The translations under genes and the position numbers were made by a program. 64,000 nt of DNA. Source: Scyliorhinus canicula (lineage: Eukaryota). Shown piece after piece: positions 1-12,987 of the stretch. The notes under the pieces were generated by a model. That model saw nothing but the letters and a program-made list of their open reading frames with translations. It was not told the origin of the DNA and ran no database searches. The stretch's first letter is position 1, and every line of letters begins with the position of its first letter. The stretch covers positions 182,879,242 through 182,943,241 of the forward strand of contig NC_052151.1 of NCBI RefSeq assembly GCF_902713615.1, given 5' to 3'.

Positions 1-39
1 AAAGTCAATATATGACAGATTGTGGCCACCAGTACTCAC

Positions 40-131
40 CCCATCAAATTCTATTAAAAACTCTGTTTTTAAGCGTCTGCTTGCATCATGCTCTCCTTCT
101 CTCCTCTCACAAAGGAGGCTGTCGATTTCAT
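40..131 (-). CDS. SPAST: Spastin exon 11 (Walker B DE)
   Basis: 92 nt, [31 protein letters not shown]; |gtgag donor at 39. Confidence 0.98.
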
Positions 132-263
132 CTGCAAGAAGGATCAACATATTCAGAAATAAGGCAGAATCTCACACCGACAGACAGAACTTGCAAAGTG
201 CCAGCACTGCAGTTGTGTACAGTGCTTCCAGATGTGGCTCACTGAATTTGGTGCTGCACTCAC

Positions 264-339
264 CAATGAAAATGATGGATGGCTGTAGCTCTCTAGCTGC
301 TGAAAAGAGAGCTCTCACTAACTTTTCTCCCTCGCCAAC
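264..339 (-). CDS. SPAST: Spastin exon 10 (pore loop, Walker B start)
   Basis: 76 nt, [25 protein letters not shown]; |gtgag donor. Confidence 0.98.
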
Positions 340-755
340 CTAAAACAGAAACAGTTCCTTAGAAAGTGATCAAACAATTTAACACTCCTATTGAAATAAT
401 TGTAAATTCTCAAAACATTACCATCAAAATCTGTTCTGAACACAAACTGCAGAGTACTTAAAATACTTAGTTACAGTAAAATCTGTTTTTCTTATTTCTT
501 AATGCAACTTCAGTATTTTAGTCTCCATGGAGATATCAAAAATCTGACATGAACGAACAGTAAAAATATTTTGTTCTAAGAGAAAAACAAAGGCATTTTC
601 CTCTCAGCCCACTGTGTTTCAGTCTCCGAGTCTTGTGAAATCCCCAGGCGAGACATTTCATTTCTTCCCCTCTTCAATTTATAAAGGACAAGAACTAAAC
701 CAATAACCAAAAGAAAGGCTTTTAATCTCATTCGCAGGCTGTCATGTTTACTCAC

Positions 756-827
756 GTATTTGGAGGTTAGACTTGCAGCACTGATATTGAAGAATGTTGC
801 ACTGGATTCAGAGGCCACAGCTTTAGC
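756..827 (-). CDS. SPAST: Spastin exon 9
   Basis: 72 nt, AKAVASESSATFFNISAASLTSKY; tag| acceptor and |gtgag donor. Confidence 0.98.
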
Positions 828-1017
828 CTAAATTGAAAAAGTAGAGGTGACTGAGAAACAATAAATGCTTAACACACAACACATCGTTTAGGATGCACAC
901 CTATTGCTTTTAATTGAGATCTTTGACAAAACTCCAAGCCTTCAAGAGTCAAGCCAATTGTGACACTGTTACCGTCAACCGTATAGAAATCAATGGGAAC
1001 AAACATGAAACGTTCTT

Positions 1018-1256
1018 TTTTTTTCTCTTTCTTTTTTTTAAAATTTAGATTACCCAATTATTTTTTCCAATTCAGGGGCAATTTAGCGTGGCCAATCCAC
1101 CTACTCTGCACATTTTTGGGTTGTGGGCGCGAAACCCACGCAGACACGGGGAGAATGTGCAAACTCTACACGGACAGTGACCCAAAGCCGGGATCGAACC
1201 TGGGACCTCAGCTCCGTGAGGCAGCTGTGCTAACCACTATGCCACCGTGCTGCCCT
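1018..1256 (-). mobile_element. V-type tRNA SINE, poly(A)-tailed variant
   Basis: tRNA A/B-box head, V-domain GGAGTTTGCACATTCTCCCCGTG-like, A-rich tail. 16-bp TSD AACATGAAACGTTCTT at 1002-1017 and 1257-1272. Confidence 0.9.
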
Positions 1257-1392
1257 AACATGAAACGTTCTTGATCTTTTGAATGGGTCAAAAGCTTGCC
1301 ATGTGGTACTTTAACCCAGCTGGAACATCAGAGCACTGCCAATAACTGAATAAGAATAAAACCGTGTGTCTCAAGATCATTTAAGTACTATT

Positions 1393-3555
1393 AGAACATA
1401 GAAAAATACAGCACAGAACAGGCCCTTCGGCCCACAATGTTGTGCCGAACCTTTGTCCTAGATTAATCATAGATTATCATAGAATTTACAGTGCAGAGGG
1501 AGGCCATTCGGCCTATCGAGTCTGCACCGGCTCTTGGAAAGAGCACCCTACCCAAGGTCAACACCTCCACCCTATCCCCATAACCCAGTAACCCCATCCA
1601 ACACGAAGGGCAATTTACCATGGCCAATCCACCTAACCTGCACATCTTTGGACTGTGGGAGGAAACCGGAGCACCCGGAGAAACCCACATACACATGGGG
1701 AGAACATGCAGACTCCGCACAGACAGTGACCCAAGCCCGAATCATACCTGGGACCGTGCTACCCTTAAGAACAAATTAATCTACACTCCATTATTCAACC
1801 GTAATCCATGTTCCTATCCAATAGCCGCTTGAAGGTCCCTAATGTTTCCCACTCAACTACTTCCACAGGCAGTGCATTCCATGCCCCCACTACTCTCTGG
1901 GCAAAGAACCTACCTCTGACATTCCCCCTATATCTTCCACCATTCACCTTAAATTTATGTCCCCTTGTAATGGTTTGTTGCATCCGGGGAAAAAGTCTCT
2001 GACTGTCTACTCTATCTATTCCCCTGATCATCTTATAAACCTCTATCAAGTCGCCCCTCACCCTTCTCCGTTCTAATGAGAAAATTAGCACCCTCAACCT
2101 TTCTTCGCAAGACCTACTCTCCATTCCAGGCAACATCCTGGTAAATCTCCTTTGCACCTTTTCCAAAGCTTCCACATCCTTCCTAAAATGAGGCAACCAG
2201 AACTGCACAGTACTCCAAATGTGGCCGTACCAAGGTCTTGTACAGCTGCATCATCACCTCGCAGCTCTTAAATTCAATCCCTCTGCTAATGAACGTTAGC
2301 ACACCATTGGCCTTCTTCACAGCTCTATCCACTTGAGTGGCAACTTTCAAAGATCTATGAACATAGACCCCAAGATCTCTCTGCTCCTCCACATTGCCAA
2401 GAACCCTACCGTTAACCCTGTATTCCGCATTCAGATTTGTCCTTCCAAAATGGACAACCTCTCACTCTTCAGGGTTAAACTCCATCTGCCACTACTCAAC
2501 CCAGCTCTGCATCCTATTTATGTCTCTTTGCAGCCGACAACAGCCCTCCTCGCTATCCACAACTGCACCAATCTTCGTATCGTCTGCAAATTTACTGACC
2601 CACCCTTCAACTCCCTCATCCAAGTCATTAATGAAAATCACAAACAGCAGAGGACCCAGAACTGATCCCTGCGGTACGCCACTGGTAACTGGGCTCCAGG
2701 CTGAATATTTGCCATCCACCACCACTCTGACTTCTATTGGTTAGCCAGTTCGTTATCCAACTGACCAAATTTCCCACTATCCCATGCCTCCTTACTTTCT
2801 GCATAAGCCTACCATGGGGAACCTTATTAAATGCCTTACTAAAATCTATGTACACTACATCCACTGCTTTACCTTCATCCACATGCTTGGTCACCTCCTC
2901 AAAGAATTCAATAAGACTTGTAAGGCAAGACCTACCCCTCACAAATCCGTGCTGACGATCCCTAATCAAGCAGTGTCTTTCCAGATGCTCAGAAATCCTA
3001 TCCCTCAGTACCCTTTCCATTACTTTGCCTACCACCGAAGAAAGACTAACTGGCCTGTAATTCCCAGGGTTATCCCTATTCCTTTTTTTGAACGGGGCAC
3101 ATTCCCGTACCAGCCTCTCCAAACAGGCGCCGGAATGTGGCGACTAGGGGCTTTTCACAGTAACTTCATTGAAGCCTACTTGTGATAATAAGCGATTTTC
3201 ATTTCATTCGCCACTCTGCAATCCCCTGGTACCACCCCTGTTGACAGTGAGGACGAAAAGATCATTGCCAACGGCTCTGGAATTTCCATTTCTTGCTTCC
3301 CATAGAATCTTTGGATATATCCCGTCAGGCCCGGGAGACTTGTCTATCCTCAAGTTTTTCAAAATGCCCAACACATCTTCCTTCCTAACAAGTATCTCCT
3401 CGAGCTTACCAGTCTGTTTCACACTGTCCTCTCCAACAATATGGCCCAACCCGTTTGTAAATACAGAAGATAAGTACTCGTACAAGACCTCTCCTATCTC
3501 TTCAGACTCAATACATAATCTCCCGCTACTGTCCTTGATCGGACCTACCCTCGCT
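1393..3555 (-). mobile_element. 5'-truncated CR1-type LINE (HER1-like) with nested SINEs
   Basis: RT fragments [49 protein letters not shown]1-like SINE at ~1467-1764 in the 3' UTR. Truncated SINE at ~3104-3209. Confidence 0.92.
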
Positions 3556-3814
3556 ATTGATTTATTTAAAGTTTATTACTCATACAAACAAATGCACACA
3601 ACAATATAACAAATGCTAATCTGTTAAACTGCTGAACAGTCTTGTGGAAGCTCTTTTCCAGGAGCATGGAAAGGACCTTTGTGGAAATGGCAGATGCCTG
3701 CTGATTTGTCATGAACCTGTTTCACGTTGCTAGCACAGTAATGACCATTCTTCTTTTGGCTGCAAAGTGCTCTGGGATCTCCCAAGACCATGGAAGGTGC
3801 TGTACAAACACAAG

Positions 3815-4383
3815 GGGCTGGATTTACCGTTTTTGAGCCTAAGTGGAGCAGAGCGGTGGCGTTTTCCGCCAAACATAAACAGCGGCGCCCCCTCACTGCA
3901 TAAAACCCCTGGCTCCCACAATAAAAAGAGCTGGAGAATGGCCGGGTCTGTGGCAACGCATGTGCACGTCGATGACCTGCAGCAGTTGCAACATAAAACA
4001 TGGCGCCAGCCATGCCCGGACCCGACCTGCTAGATAGTGCCCCCCTGCCCACCCCCCACCAGTCCCCCCAGCCGGCAGCATGGCTCCCGCCCGATCGTGG
4101 CAGCGCTGGACACAGTCCGCAGCCACCACACCAGATTCCCGACCACTGAGAACACATGTCAACCGCGCGGTCAAGAACTCGGCCCATCGGGGGCGGAGCA
4201 TCGGGGATGGGCCTTTAGGCGACGCGTTAAGGCCGACCTAACGGCGTGTGACATCATTTCAGAGGGGGCGGAGCGTTCAAAACCTGTGTCAAACCGGCGC
4301 CGTCCCCGATTTTGGTTTGAAAGGGGATTCTCCGCCCAGTCGCCGATTATGAAATCAGCGTCAGAGAACGGTAAATCCCACCA
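3815..4383. mobile_element. GC-rich non-autonomous DNA transposon (MITE, possibly PIF/Harbinger-like)
   Basis: Imperfect terminal inverted repeats GGGCTGGATTTACCGTTTTTGA / TCAGAGAACGGTAAATCCCACC; CpG-rich interior; possible AAG 3-bp TSD. Confidence 0.7.
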
Positions 4384-4474
4384 AAGTTTTCTTTCTCATT
4401 GTTTAATTTCTACAGTCACTCTATCCCAAATAAATATATCTGTACATTTAGTCACCACAGTGCCAGAGAATCAT

Positions 4475-4640
4475 AGGCTGTTTGTGAGCTGACTGGGCGA
4501 TTTAACCGGAGGGTCACCATATCTCAGGTGAGGGTCTGAAAAGGCAGGGGCTTCACGAATAACCTCAACCAGTATGGGAATCGAACCCGCACTGCTGGTG
4601 TCGCTCCGCATCGTGAACCAGCCATCCAGCCAACTGAACT
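4475..4640 (-). mobile_element. tRNA-derived SINE (non-V type)
   Basis: B-box GGTTCGATTCCC on the minus strand at ~4577-4588, with an A-box-like AGTTCAGTTGG upstream. Confidence 0.55.
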
Positions 4641-5433
4641 GGACAACTGCTGTAACTTTGCATTTAGAGATATGTATGAAATTCTACTTCATACGCATAA
4701 CGTCACAAACAAAAAGCTTTTTTTCAAAACTAAAGTATGGATAGACAACCTGGAACCTTTCTGTGTTTGTCCAAAGCTTATCAAACTATATCTCCGGGAG
4801 TTGGCTACTAAGAGTCATTAAAAACGCAAAGGATTTTACGGCCGTACTCGCCAGCAGGATCTTCCGGTCCTGCCAATAGCAAACCTCTGCAAGTGCATAG
4901 AATGGGAAACCCCAGTGATATGTCGGGATCTGGGGATCCCACCTCCAGTTAATGGCAGGTTGCATCTGCAAGTGTCGGTACCTGTCGGTTTCCAGTAAGG
5001 AAAGGAGCCTATGATCTCTCCCAGTATCTGTTCTACCTATCAAGTCCACTTACGAAGGAAAACGCTGACTCTTTGACTTCACAAGTCATCCCAGCTGCTA
5101 AATCAAACCTTAAGTTTCAAACACTTCACTTTGGAAAGATGGAATTCAAGCAATCAGCCCTGTAATGATATCGCAAAGAGACAAATTTGAAATCTCACCT
5201 TGAAGCATCATTATTCTTTAGCTGCATTTTAATCTTTATATTTTAGTTAAAATTGTTATCACTTTTATTCAAGTAACTTTCTGCAGTGGCTTTACAATAA
5301 ACTAAACTTTATCTTGATTAAAAATAAAGCTTGACTGCTATGTTATTTCAACTGGAACGACGCACAAATTAAAGGGGGGGGGTGCATATATACACAAATT
5401 CCTATCTCACAAACTACCGAGGGAGCATCTTTT

Positions 5434-5549
5434 TTTTTAATAAACAATTTTATTGAGGTAGTTTTTGGCTTAATAAACAGTTACAGACATCATCAGAAAG
5501 AAAGCAAAAAAGGCAAAAATGTGCAAACATCCACGTACTTTCAATACTT
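5434..5549 (-). mobile_element. Very short retrotransposed 3' end with AATAAA and poly(A)
   Basis: Perfect 16-bp TSD CGAGGGAGCATCTTTT at 5418-5433 and 5550-5565. Confidence 0.85.
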
Positions 5550-7284
5550 CGAGGGAGCATCTTTTACATGGTCATGGTACTTGACAAGCATTACTAAAGT
5601 GAACTATCGCAAAAAATTACCCTTTTTAAAGTTTAATTCCAGTGTTTAAGAATTAATGAACAATTTTGCTTTTCCTATTAGTTTGAGCAGGTGTCACAAT
5701 CACCTAAAGTTTTCTTACTTTCTGTAGACTTTCAGGTGTACACTGTAAACTTTAGCATTTGATTTTACAGCATGTGGTTTGTACATGCAACAGCTGGTCA
5801 CCACCAATCATGCTGACAACAAACTAGTTTGCACCACAAAGACAAGGCTGACTCTGCACAATGACACGAAGTTCCACACGGTGTTCCACATTTCCCAGAT
5901 GTTATAATCTGCATAGAGACCAATAATTTTAAGTATCATACAAGATTTCAAATTTTAAGATTTTTAATGTAACCAATTAAAACCAACATTGAGCAAACAC
6001 TATTTCCATAGGCAAATTATATTCTGTCACGTTAAATGGGGCAAGATTCTGTAGTTTAATGACTGAAGAAAATAACACCATAACACATCTACATGGTTAT
6101 ACTCCATCCTTTAAATGGACATTTCATATTCCAGGAACCCAGTTAAAAGCCAGTCCTAGCTCCAGGTGGCTTGCTTTCTTTTTCCCCTTTCCAGCCAGAT
6201 AACTTCTAATCCCTGAATTACCTTTCAAGGCGAGAGATTCCTTCCTTTAGTCAAATCTTCCAGTCTCATTTAAATCCTCATGAACTTGGTCTCTTCCAAT
6301 CAAATGTGCGCTCCCATCTGCATTCTGCATAGCCACCTTACCTCTCGGATCTCTTTCTCTCAGAGTCCTGCAGGAGGGATGTCTTTAGAAACCTGTACGG
6401 TCATATTATAATGGCTTGGACTCTTCGCATTTCAAAGCCTCTCTCCACAGCAGCATGAATCATGTGAGCATTGTATCCCGGTAGAAATGCCAATTAGCTA
6501 TCCTCTATACGCTCAACCTCATTCTATCTCAAAATAGATAGTTTAAACTATAACCATTAACAAAATCTGACAATCATAATACCTCCTTGTGAGACTTGGA
6601 GCTTAACAGTCTATCCACTGTAGAACTGGTCATTATTTGCAGGTGGGAATACCTCACACCATCTTCCCAGAAAGATAACGTGGGCCCCCTGTTGACCAGC
6701 AAGCCACCTAAGCTTGTTGTTGGGCAGAATTCAGAACAGATCACATACTGCTTTATTCCCCCAATTTACCCTAAATTAAAGAGAGTACCAAAACATACCA
6801 ATCTTTGTAACAATTTTTTAGTTGCAGCTATGTCAGCAAGGAGTGAAGCCACTCTGTGCTTTGATTTACATAGCTCTTGCTTGAAAGGAATACAGTGGCT
6901 AGAAACCATGGCAAGGGACAGTCAAACTGTATTTTCTGACGGCTTTTCTAAATGCAGGCTTATTGGGATCCGCTCAAAACTGCTAAGTACAAGTCACCAA
7001 ATCTGTCTGTTGTCTGCAAGATCAGCAGTAACCAGCAGCTGTATGTACAAGTTACAAAGATCAAACACAAATTGCACTCTAAAGCTGAAAGGTTTACAAG
7101 AAGAAAAGAAACCATGGATGATTCCGACACCTGCTCAAGCTGGTGAAAGCAAGGAGAGGGAAACTAGTCATTAATCCTTTGACAAAGACTGGATTAAACT
7201 GGAGGCCACTTCTTCGAACAATTCATTTCAACAATTTGTTACATTTAACACCCTTTGCTGCATGGGAAAAACCCAGTTATGTAA

Positions 7285-7642
7285 CAGTCACAGCAGTAAT
7301 GTAGGAAATGCATCCGCCAATTTGTGCACAGCAAGGTCACACACAAAACAATGCAATAATGACCAGATAATTTGTCTTTAAGTGTTGGTTAAGGGATAAA
7401 TATTGGCTGAGAAGTAGAGTGAGAAAAAAAAATCATGCGCTTCTTTGAATTTGTGCCATTTTACATCCACCCAAGGGGACCCTGGATTAACATCTTATCT
7501 TAAACTGGGCGCTACCTCTTCATTCGATCCCTCAAGTATTGTATTAGTATGCTAGCCTGAATTATGCACCCATTTTTTGTAAGTGCTTGAAGCCACAACC
7601 TTTTGATTCAAGAGAGGCAAGTGCAGCCCACTGAGCCATGGC
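7285..7642 (-). mobile_element. Old DeuSINE (SacSINE1/AmnSINE1-like) relic
   Basis: Recognisable tail GTAATGTAGGAAA...AATGACCAGATAAT...GGGATAAATATTGGC and a decayed tRNA head near 7590-7642. Related tail pieces at ~31740-31890, 45660-45830 and 51680-52190. Confidence 0.6.
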
Positions 7643-7719
7643 TAACTTAACACATTCGGACAAGTTAAACTAAATCAGGAAAAGGATATTGCAACAGATA
7701 GTACAATAGAGACATGTCA

Positions 7720-8010
<291 letters not shown>

Positions 8011-8549
8011 TTACTTTAAGAAAACACAATTCATGCACAGTAAGATGTATGCTTACTGTGAAATCCATTTCATTCCTGCCATGGGGTGGTGGTGGTGGTG
8101 CAGTGGATTTGTCGCTTAACCAGTAATTCAGAAACCCAGGGTAATGCTTTGGGGGCCTGGGTTTGAACCGGCAGATGGTGGAATTTAAACACAAAATATA
8201 TGGAACCATTGTTAAAAACGTCCAACTGGTTCACTCATGTCCTTTAGAGAGGGAAACCTGCCATTATACCTGGTCTTGCCTACATGTGACTCTAGACCTA
8301 CAGCAACGTCTTAAATGCCCTTTGGAAGGGCTTAGCGAGCCACTCAGTTGTATTCACCCACTACAAAGGAGTGAAAAGGAATGAAACTGGACCGACCACC
8401 CCACATCAACCAAGGCACCAGAGCCCTGCTGCCTCACGGCCCCAAGGTCCCAGGTTCGATCCCAGCTCTGGGTCACTGTCCGTGTGGAGTTTGCACATTC
8501 TCCCCGTGTTTGCATGGGTTTCGCCCCCACAACCCAAAGATGCGGCAGG

Positions 8550-10085
8550 TGGTAAGGGAACCAACACGAGGGAAATACAAACTATACCTCATCCTCATCA
8601 ACTTCCCTGCCACAGATGCATCTGTCCATGGCAGCGTTGATGGAAATGACACCGCACAGTCCTTATGGAGACAAAGTTCCATCTTCACATTGAGCATATT
8701 CTCCCATCATGTCGTGTGGCACTACCACCGTGCTAAATGGGATAGACTTAGCAACTCAAGACTGGGCATCCATGAGGCACTGTGGGCCATCAGCAGCAGC
8801 AGAATTGTCCTCAATCACAATCTGTAACCTCACAGCCTGGGATATCTCGCACTCTTAACACTACCACCAAACCAGAAATCAACTCTGGTTCAAAGAAGAG
8901 TGCAGGAGGGCATGTTAGGAGCAACACCAGGCATATTTGTTTTGTTTTTTTTAAATGTAGTGTCAACTGGTGAAGCTACAACACAGGACTACTTGTGTGC
9001 CAAGCAGCAAGTGGCAGAACTAAGCAATCCCACAACCAACGGGTCAGATCTAAGCTCTTCAGTCCTGCCACATCCAGCCATGGGCAATTAAACTTACTGG
9101 AGAAGGCAGCTCCACAAATATCTCAATCCTCAACAATGGAGGAGTCCAGAACATCTGTGCAAAAGACAAAGCTGAAGCATTTGGAGAAGCCATCAGCCAG
9201 AAATGCTGAGTTGATGATCAATCTTGTCTGCTTCAGAGGTCCCCCAGCATCACAAATACCAGTCTTCAGTCAATTCGATTCACTCCACATGACAGCAAGA
9301 CCAGCTGAAGGCATGGGATACAGTAGCGGCTATGTGCTCTAAAAATATTCCGACAACAGGACTGAAGACTCATGCTTCAGAATTTACCACATCCCTAGCC
9401 AAGCTGTTCCAGCTACAATACTGATACTGCCATCTACCCGGCAATGTGGAAAATTGCCCCAGCATGTCCTGTGCACAAGAAACAGAACAAGGCCAACCTG
9501 ACCAATCACCACCCCATCAATCTACTCTCATTAGTAAAGTGTTGGAAGGAGTCATCAATAGCGTTATAAAGTGTCATTTTCTCAACGATAACCTGCTCAG
9601 GAACACTCGGTTTGGGTTCGGCCAGGGTCACTCAGCTCCTGACCTCATTACAGTTTTGGTTCAAACATGGGAAAATAAGATGAATGCCAGAGGAGGTGAG
9701 AATAACTGTCCTTCACACCTTGTCATCAAGGCCATATCTGACCAAGTATGGCATCAAGGAGACCTGGCAAACTTGGAGTCAATGGGAATCAGTGGAAAAC
9801 CCCTCTGCTGGTTGGAGTCATAGCTGGCACAAAAGGAAATGGTTTGTGGTGGTTGGAGGTCAAACATTTCAGCTCCAGGACATTTCTGTAGGAGTTTCTC
9901 AGGGTAGTATCCTAGATCCAACCTTCTTCAGCTGCTTCATCAATGACCTCCAACCCATCCGAAGGTCAGAAGTGGGGATGTTCGCAGAAGACTGCAGTCG
10001 TGACTCCTCAGATACTGAAGCAGTCCGTGCAGCAAATCCAGGACAATATCGAGCCTTGAGCTGACAAGTAACATTCACACCACTC
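8550..10085 (+). mobile_element. Degenerate CR1/L2-group LINE (endonuclease and RT remnants)
   Basis: ISKVLEGVINSVIK, FGFGQGHSAPDL, GVSQGSILDPTFFSCFINDL, MFAED; many frameshifts. Confidence 0.8.
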
Positions 10086-10089
10086 ACAG

Positions 10090-10810
10090 AATACTCAAGT
10101 GCAGAAGAGGCCCTTTGGCTCATCGAGTCTGCACCGATGCACAAAAGGCCCTGACCTGCCCACCAAAACCCAGTTGCCAGCACTTGGCCCATTGCCTTGA
10201 AGGTTATGACGTGCCAAGTGCTCATCCAGAAACTTTTTAAAGGATGTAAGGCATCCCCCACCTCCCCCACCCTCCCAGGCAGTGCATTCCAGACCGTTAG
10301 CACTCTGGGTAAAAATAATTTTCCTCAAATCCCCACTGAACCTCCCACCTCTGACTTTGAACTTGTGTTCCCCTCATAATTGACCCTTCAAAGGGGAACA
10401 GCTGCTCCCTATTCACCCTGTCCATGTCCCTCATTATCTTGGACACCTCAATCAGGTCACCCCTCAGTCTTCTCTGCTCCAGAGAAAACAACCCAAGCCT
10501 ATCAAACCTCTCTTTATACCTGAAATCTTCCATCCCAGGCAATATTCTGGTGAATCTTCTCCGCCCCCTCTCCAGTGCAATTACATTCTTTCTATAACAT
10601 GACGACCAGAATTGCACACAGTACTCCAGCTATGGCCTCACCAAAGTTCTATACAGTTCCATCATGACCTCCCTGTTTTTGTAATCTATGCCCAGATTGA
10701 CAAAAGCGAGTGTCCCGTATGACTTTTTCATCACTCCATTATTAACCTGCCCTTCTGTCTTCAGAGATCTATGGACAAACACACCAAAGGCTCTTTGTTC
10801 TTCACCTGAC
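10090..10810 (-). mobile_element. CR1-type LINE 3' fragment
   Basis: QFWS..YRK, LGLFSLEQRRLRGDLIEV, CR1 3' tail. Confidence 0.85.
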
Positions 10811-11329
10811 CCACAACTTTTAATAGATTTTGGTTATGGGGAGCACAAGGGTCCACTGTCCAGGTGTTATGCAACAGAGGCCTTAAGTATTTAAAAAACA
10901 AAACAATGTTTATTCTATAAACCCAGTTAACATGTTATAAACATCTTATCAACTACCAACACACGTAACCCCACAGATACAATATTCTTAATACCTTAAT
11001 AACCCTTAATACCTTTCCTAGCAACATCCATAAGTTAAACCCTTTTTAACAAAGACAGCAGGTTTAAATTCTCTACAGGTATTACTTTGAAATCATCAGT
11101 GAGCTGAAGACATTCTTTAGCTTGTAGAGAGAGATCAGAACATCTTCTTACTTTGAATGCAGCTCTCCAACACTGAAAGCAAAACCAAGAATTGAGCCAC
11201 AAAGCAGCTTTTCAGCTCAAAACAAAAGTAAAAGAAAGACAGCCCAGCTCCACCCACACACTAACATCACTGCAGGTATTTGATAAACACCCATTTCTTA
11301 AAGGTACGTCCACATGACAGTATCCACTG

Positions 11330-12300
11330 CTGTCACTGAGAGTCAGTGGTGTAGGGTGTAAATCTTGAAGGTGGTGGATGGGGTGCCAATCAAGCGAGCT
11401 TTGTCCTGGATGATATCAAGCTTTGTGAATGGAGCTGCACTCATCCAGGCAAGGGCAGAGTATTCCATCACACTCCAGACTTGTAAATGGTAGACAGGCT
11501 TTGGAGAGCCAGAAAGTGAGTTACTCGCCAAAGAATTCCCAACTTCTAACCTGTTTTTGTAGCCACAGTATTTAAATGGCTGGTCCAATTCAGCTTCTGG
11601 TCAATGGCAACCCCCAGGATGTTGACAGTGGGGGATTCAGCAACGTAATGATATTGAATGTGATGGGGTGATAGTTGAATTCTCTCCTGTTGGAGATGGT
11701 CATCACCTGTACTGTACACACGAACAAAGGAATTAGGAGCAGGAGTAGGTCATTTGGCCTTTTGCATCTGTTCTGCCATTCCTAAGATCATGGCCTACCC
11801 GATATTAACTTGCGTGACGCGAGTGCAACTTTGCAACAGCCCACGCCGGAACCTTGTCCAGGTCTCACTATGTCGCTACATATGGACACGGACTGCCTCA
11901 GTATCCAAGGAGGTGCTGAACAAAATCAGTGAACAGCCCGACTTCTGACTTTATGATGGAGAGAAAGTCATTGATGAAGCAGCTGAAGATGGTTTTGCAC
12001 AGGAGCTCCTGTAGTGATGTCCTTGAACTGAGATGATTGACTTCCAAAAACCACAACTGTCTTCCTTTGTGCCTGGCATGACTCCAACCAAGGGAGAGCC
12101 CCCTTCTGATTCCCCATGTCTCCAGTTTTGCTAGGGCTCCTCGATGCCACATTTGTTCAGTCACAAAGGGCAGCCATACTTATCTCTCCACTTGAGTTTG
12201 GCTCTTTTGCTCATGTTTGGACCAAAGTTGTAATGAGGTCAGGAGCTGAGTAACCCTGGTGTAACTCAAAATAAACATCAGCAAGCATGTTATTGCTGTG
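11330..12300 (-). mobile_element. Degenerate CR1/L2-group LINE, inverted relative to the 8550-10085 copy
   Basis: IFSCFINDF..IIKSEVGLFTD, VMEYSALAWMSAAP; reverse-complement similarity to ~9600-10020. Confidence 0.78.
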
Positions 12301-12946
12301 TAATTTGTACTTTTTATTGTGTGTAGGAGATAGTCGGACAATTGTGCACATTATCAGGTAGATGTCAGCCTAGTAGAGGTACCAGAACAACTGAAACAAC
12401 CCTGAAGTAAATGCAATTCAAGCTTGGAGTTAATGAGTTACCCGCTAACCTACACTTCTCTTCAGGATGGATTTAGAAAGTATAAACACTTGAACAATGA
12501 ATGACCCGTTTCTGGACCACTTTGTAGAGTCAGACTGTCTACCATTATCTCCATAAAAGAGGCTAAATGTTACCACTTATGGAAAAGAGGGTCGTAAAAC
12601 ACCATTAGAGAAATAAATCATTCATATGGTTTGCAAAATCAAAGAGTTATGTTGAAATGAAAATAATTTGTTTCCATTTCTGGTTGAATCATCCTAAAGC
12701 ATGGCACATTACCACAGAGATAATTCAGGAGTCTTGATTAGGAAGACTGTTTTAAGTTTATTTGTGTGCGTTAGCTGAGAAACAGTTTGGGAACACACGG
12801 TCAGTTGTAGCTTTGCTGAGGGCCGCCGCCCACTGCAGTGAGAGCCAAGAGGTGATAGCAAGATATTGATTTCAAGCAGAGAACCTTCATCGTCCACTGC
12901 ATGAATCATGGGTGGGGCTGTATCGAAGTTTGGATTTTGAGAAAAG

Positions 12947-12987
12947 CAGCTGGCAGATTAGTCCCAGCTGGCAGATTAGTCCCAGCT
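12947..12987. repeat. Perfect 18-bp tandem duplication
   Basis: CAGCTGGCAGATTAGTCC x2 plus CAGCT. Confidence 0.9.

Noticed and set aside
3624-4492. Several overlapping ORFs of 88-187 aa
   Set aside because: Explained by the GC-rich MITE, which is poor in stop codons; no transposase motifs.
6596-7174. 192-aa plus-strand ORF
   Set aside because: Non-ATG start, no motif and no convincing splice structure; treated as chance or unrecognised repeat.
10865-11319. Possible solo LTR (TGTTAT...ATGACA), and similarly ~12640-13487
   Set aside because: LTR-like composition, but I could not find matching TSDs or fix the boundaries.
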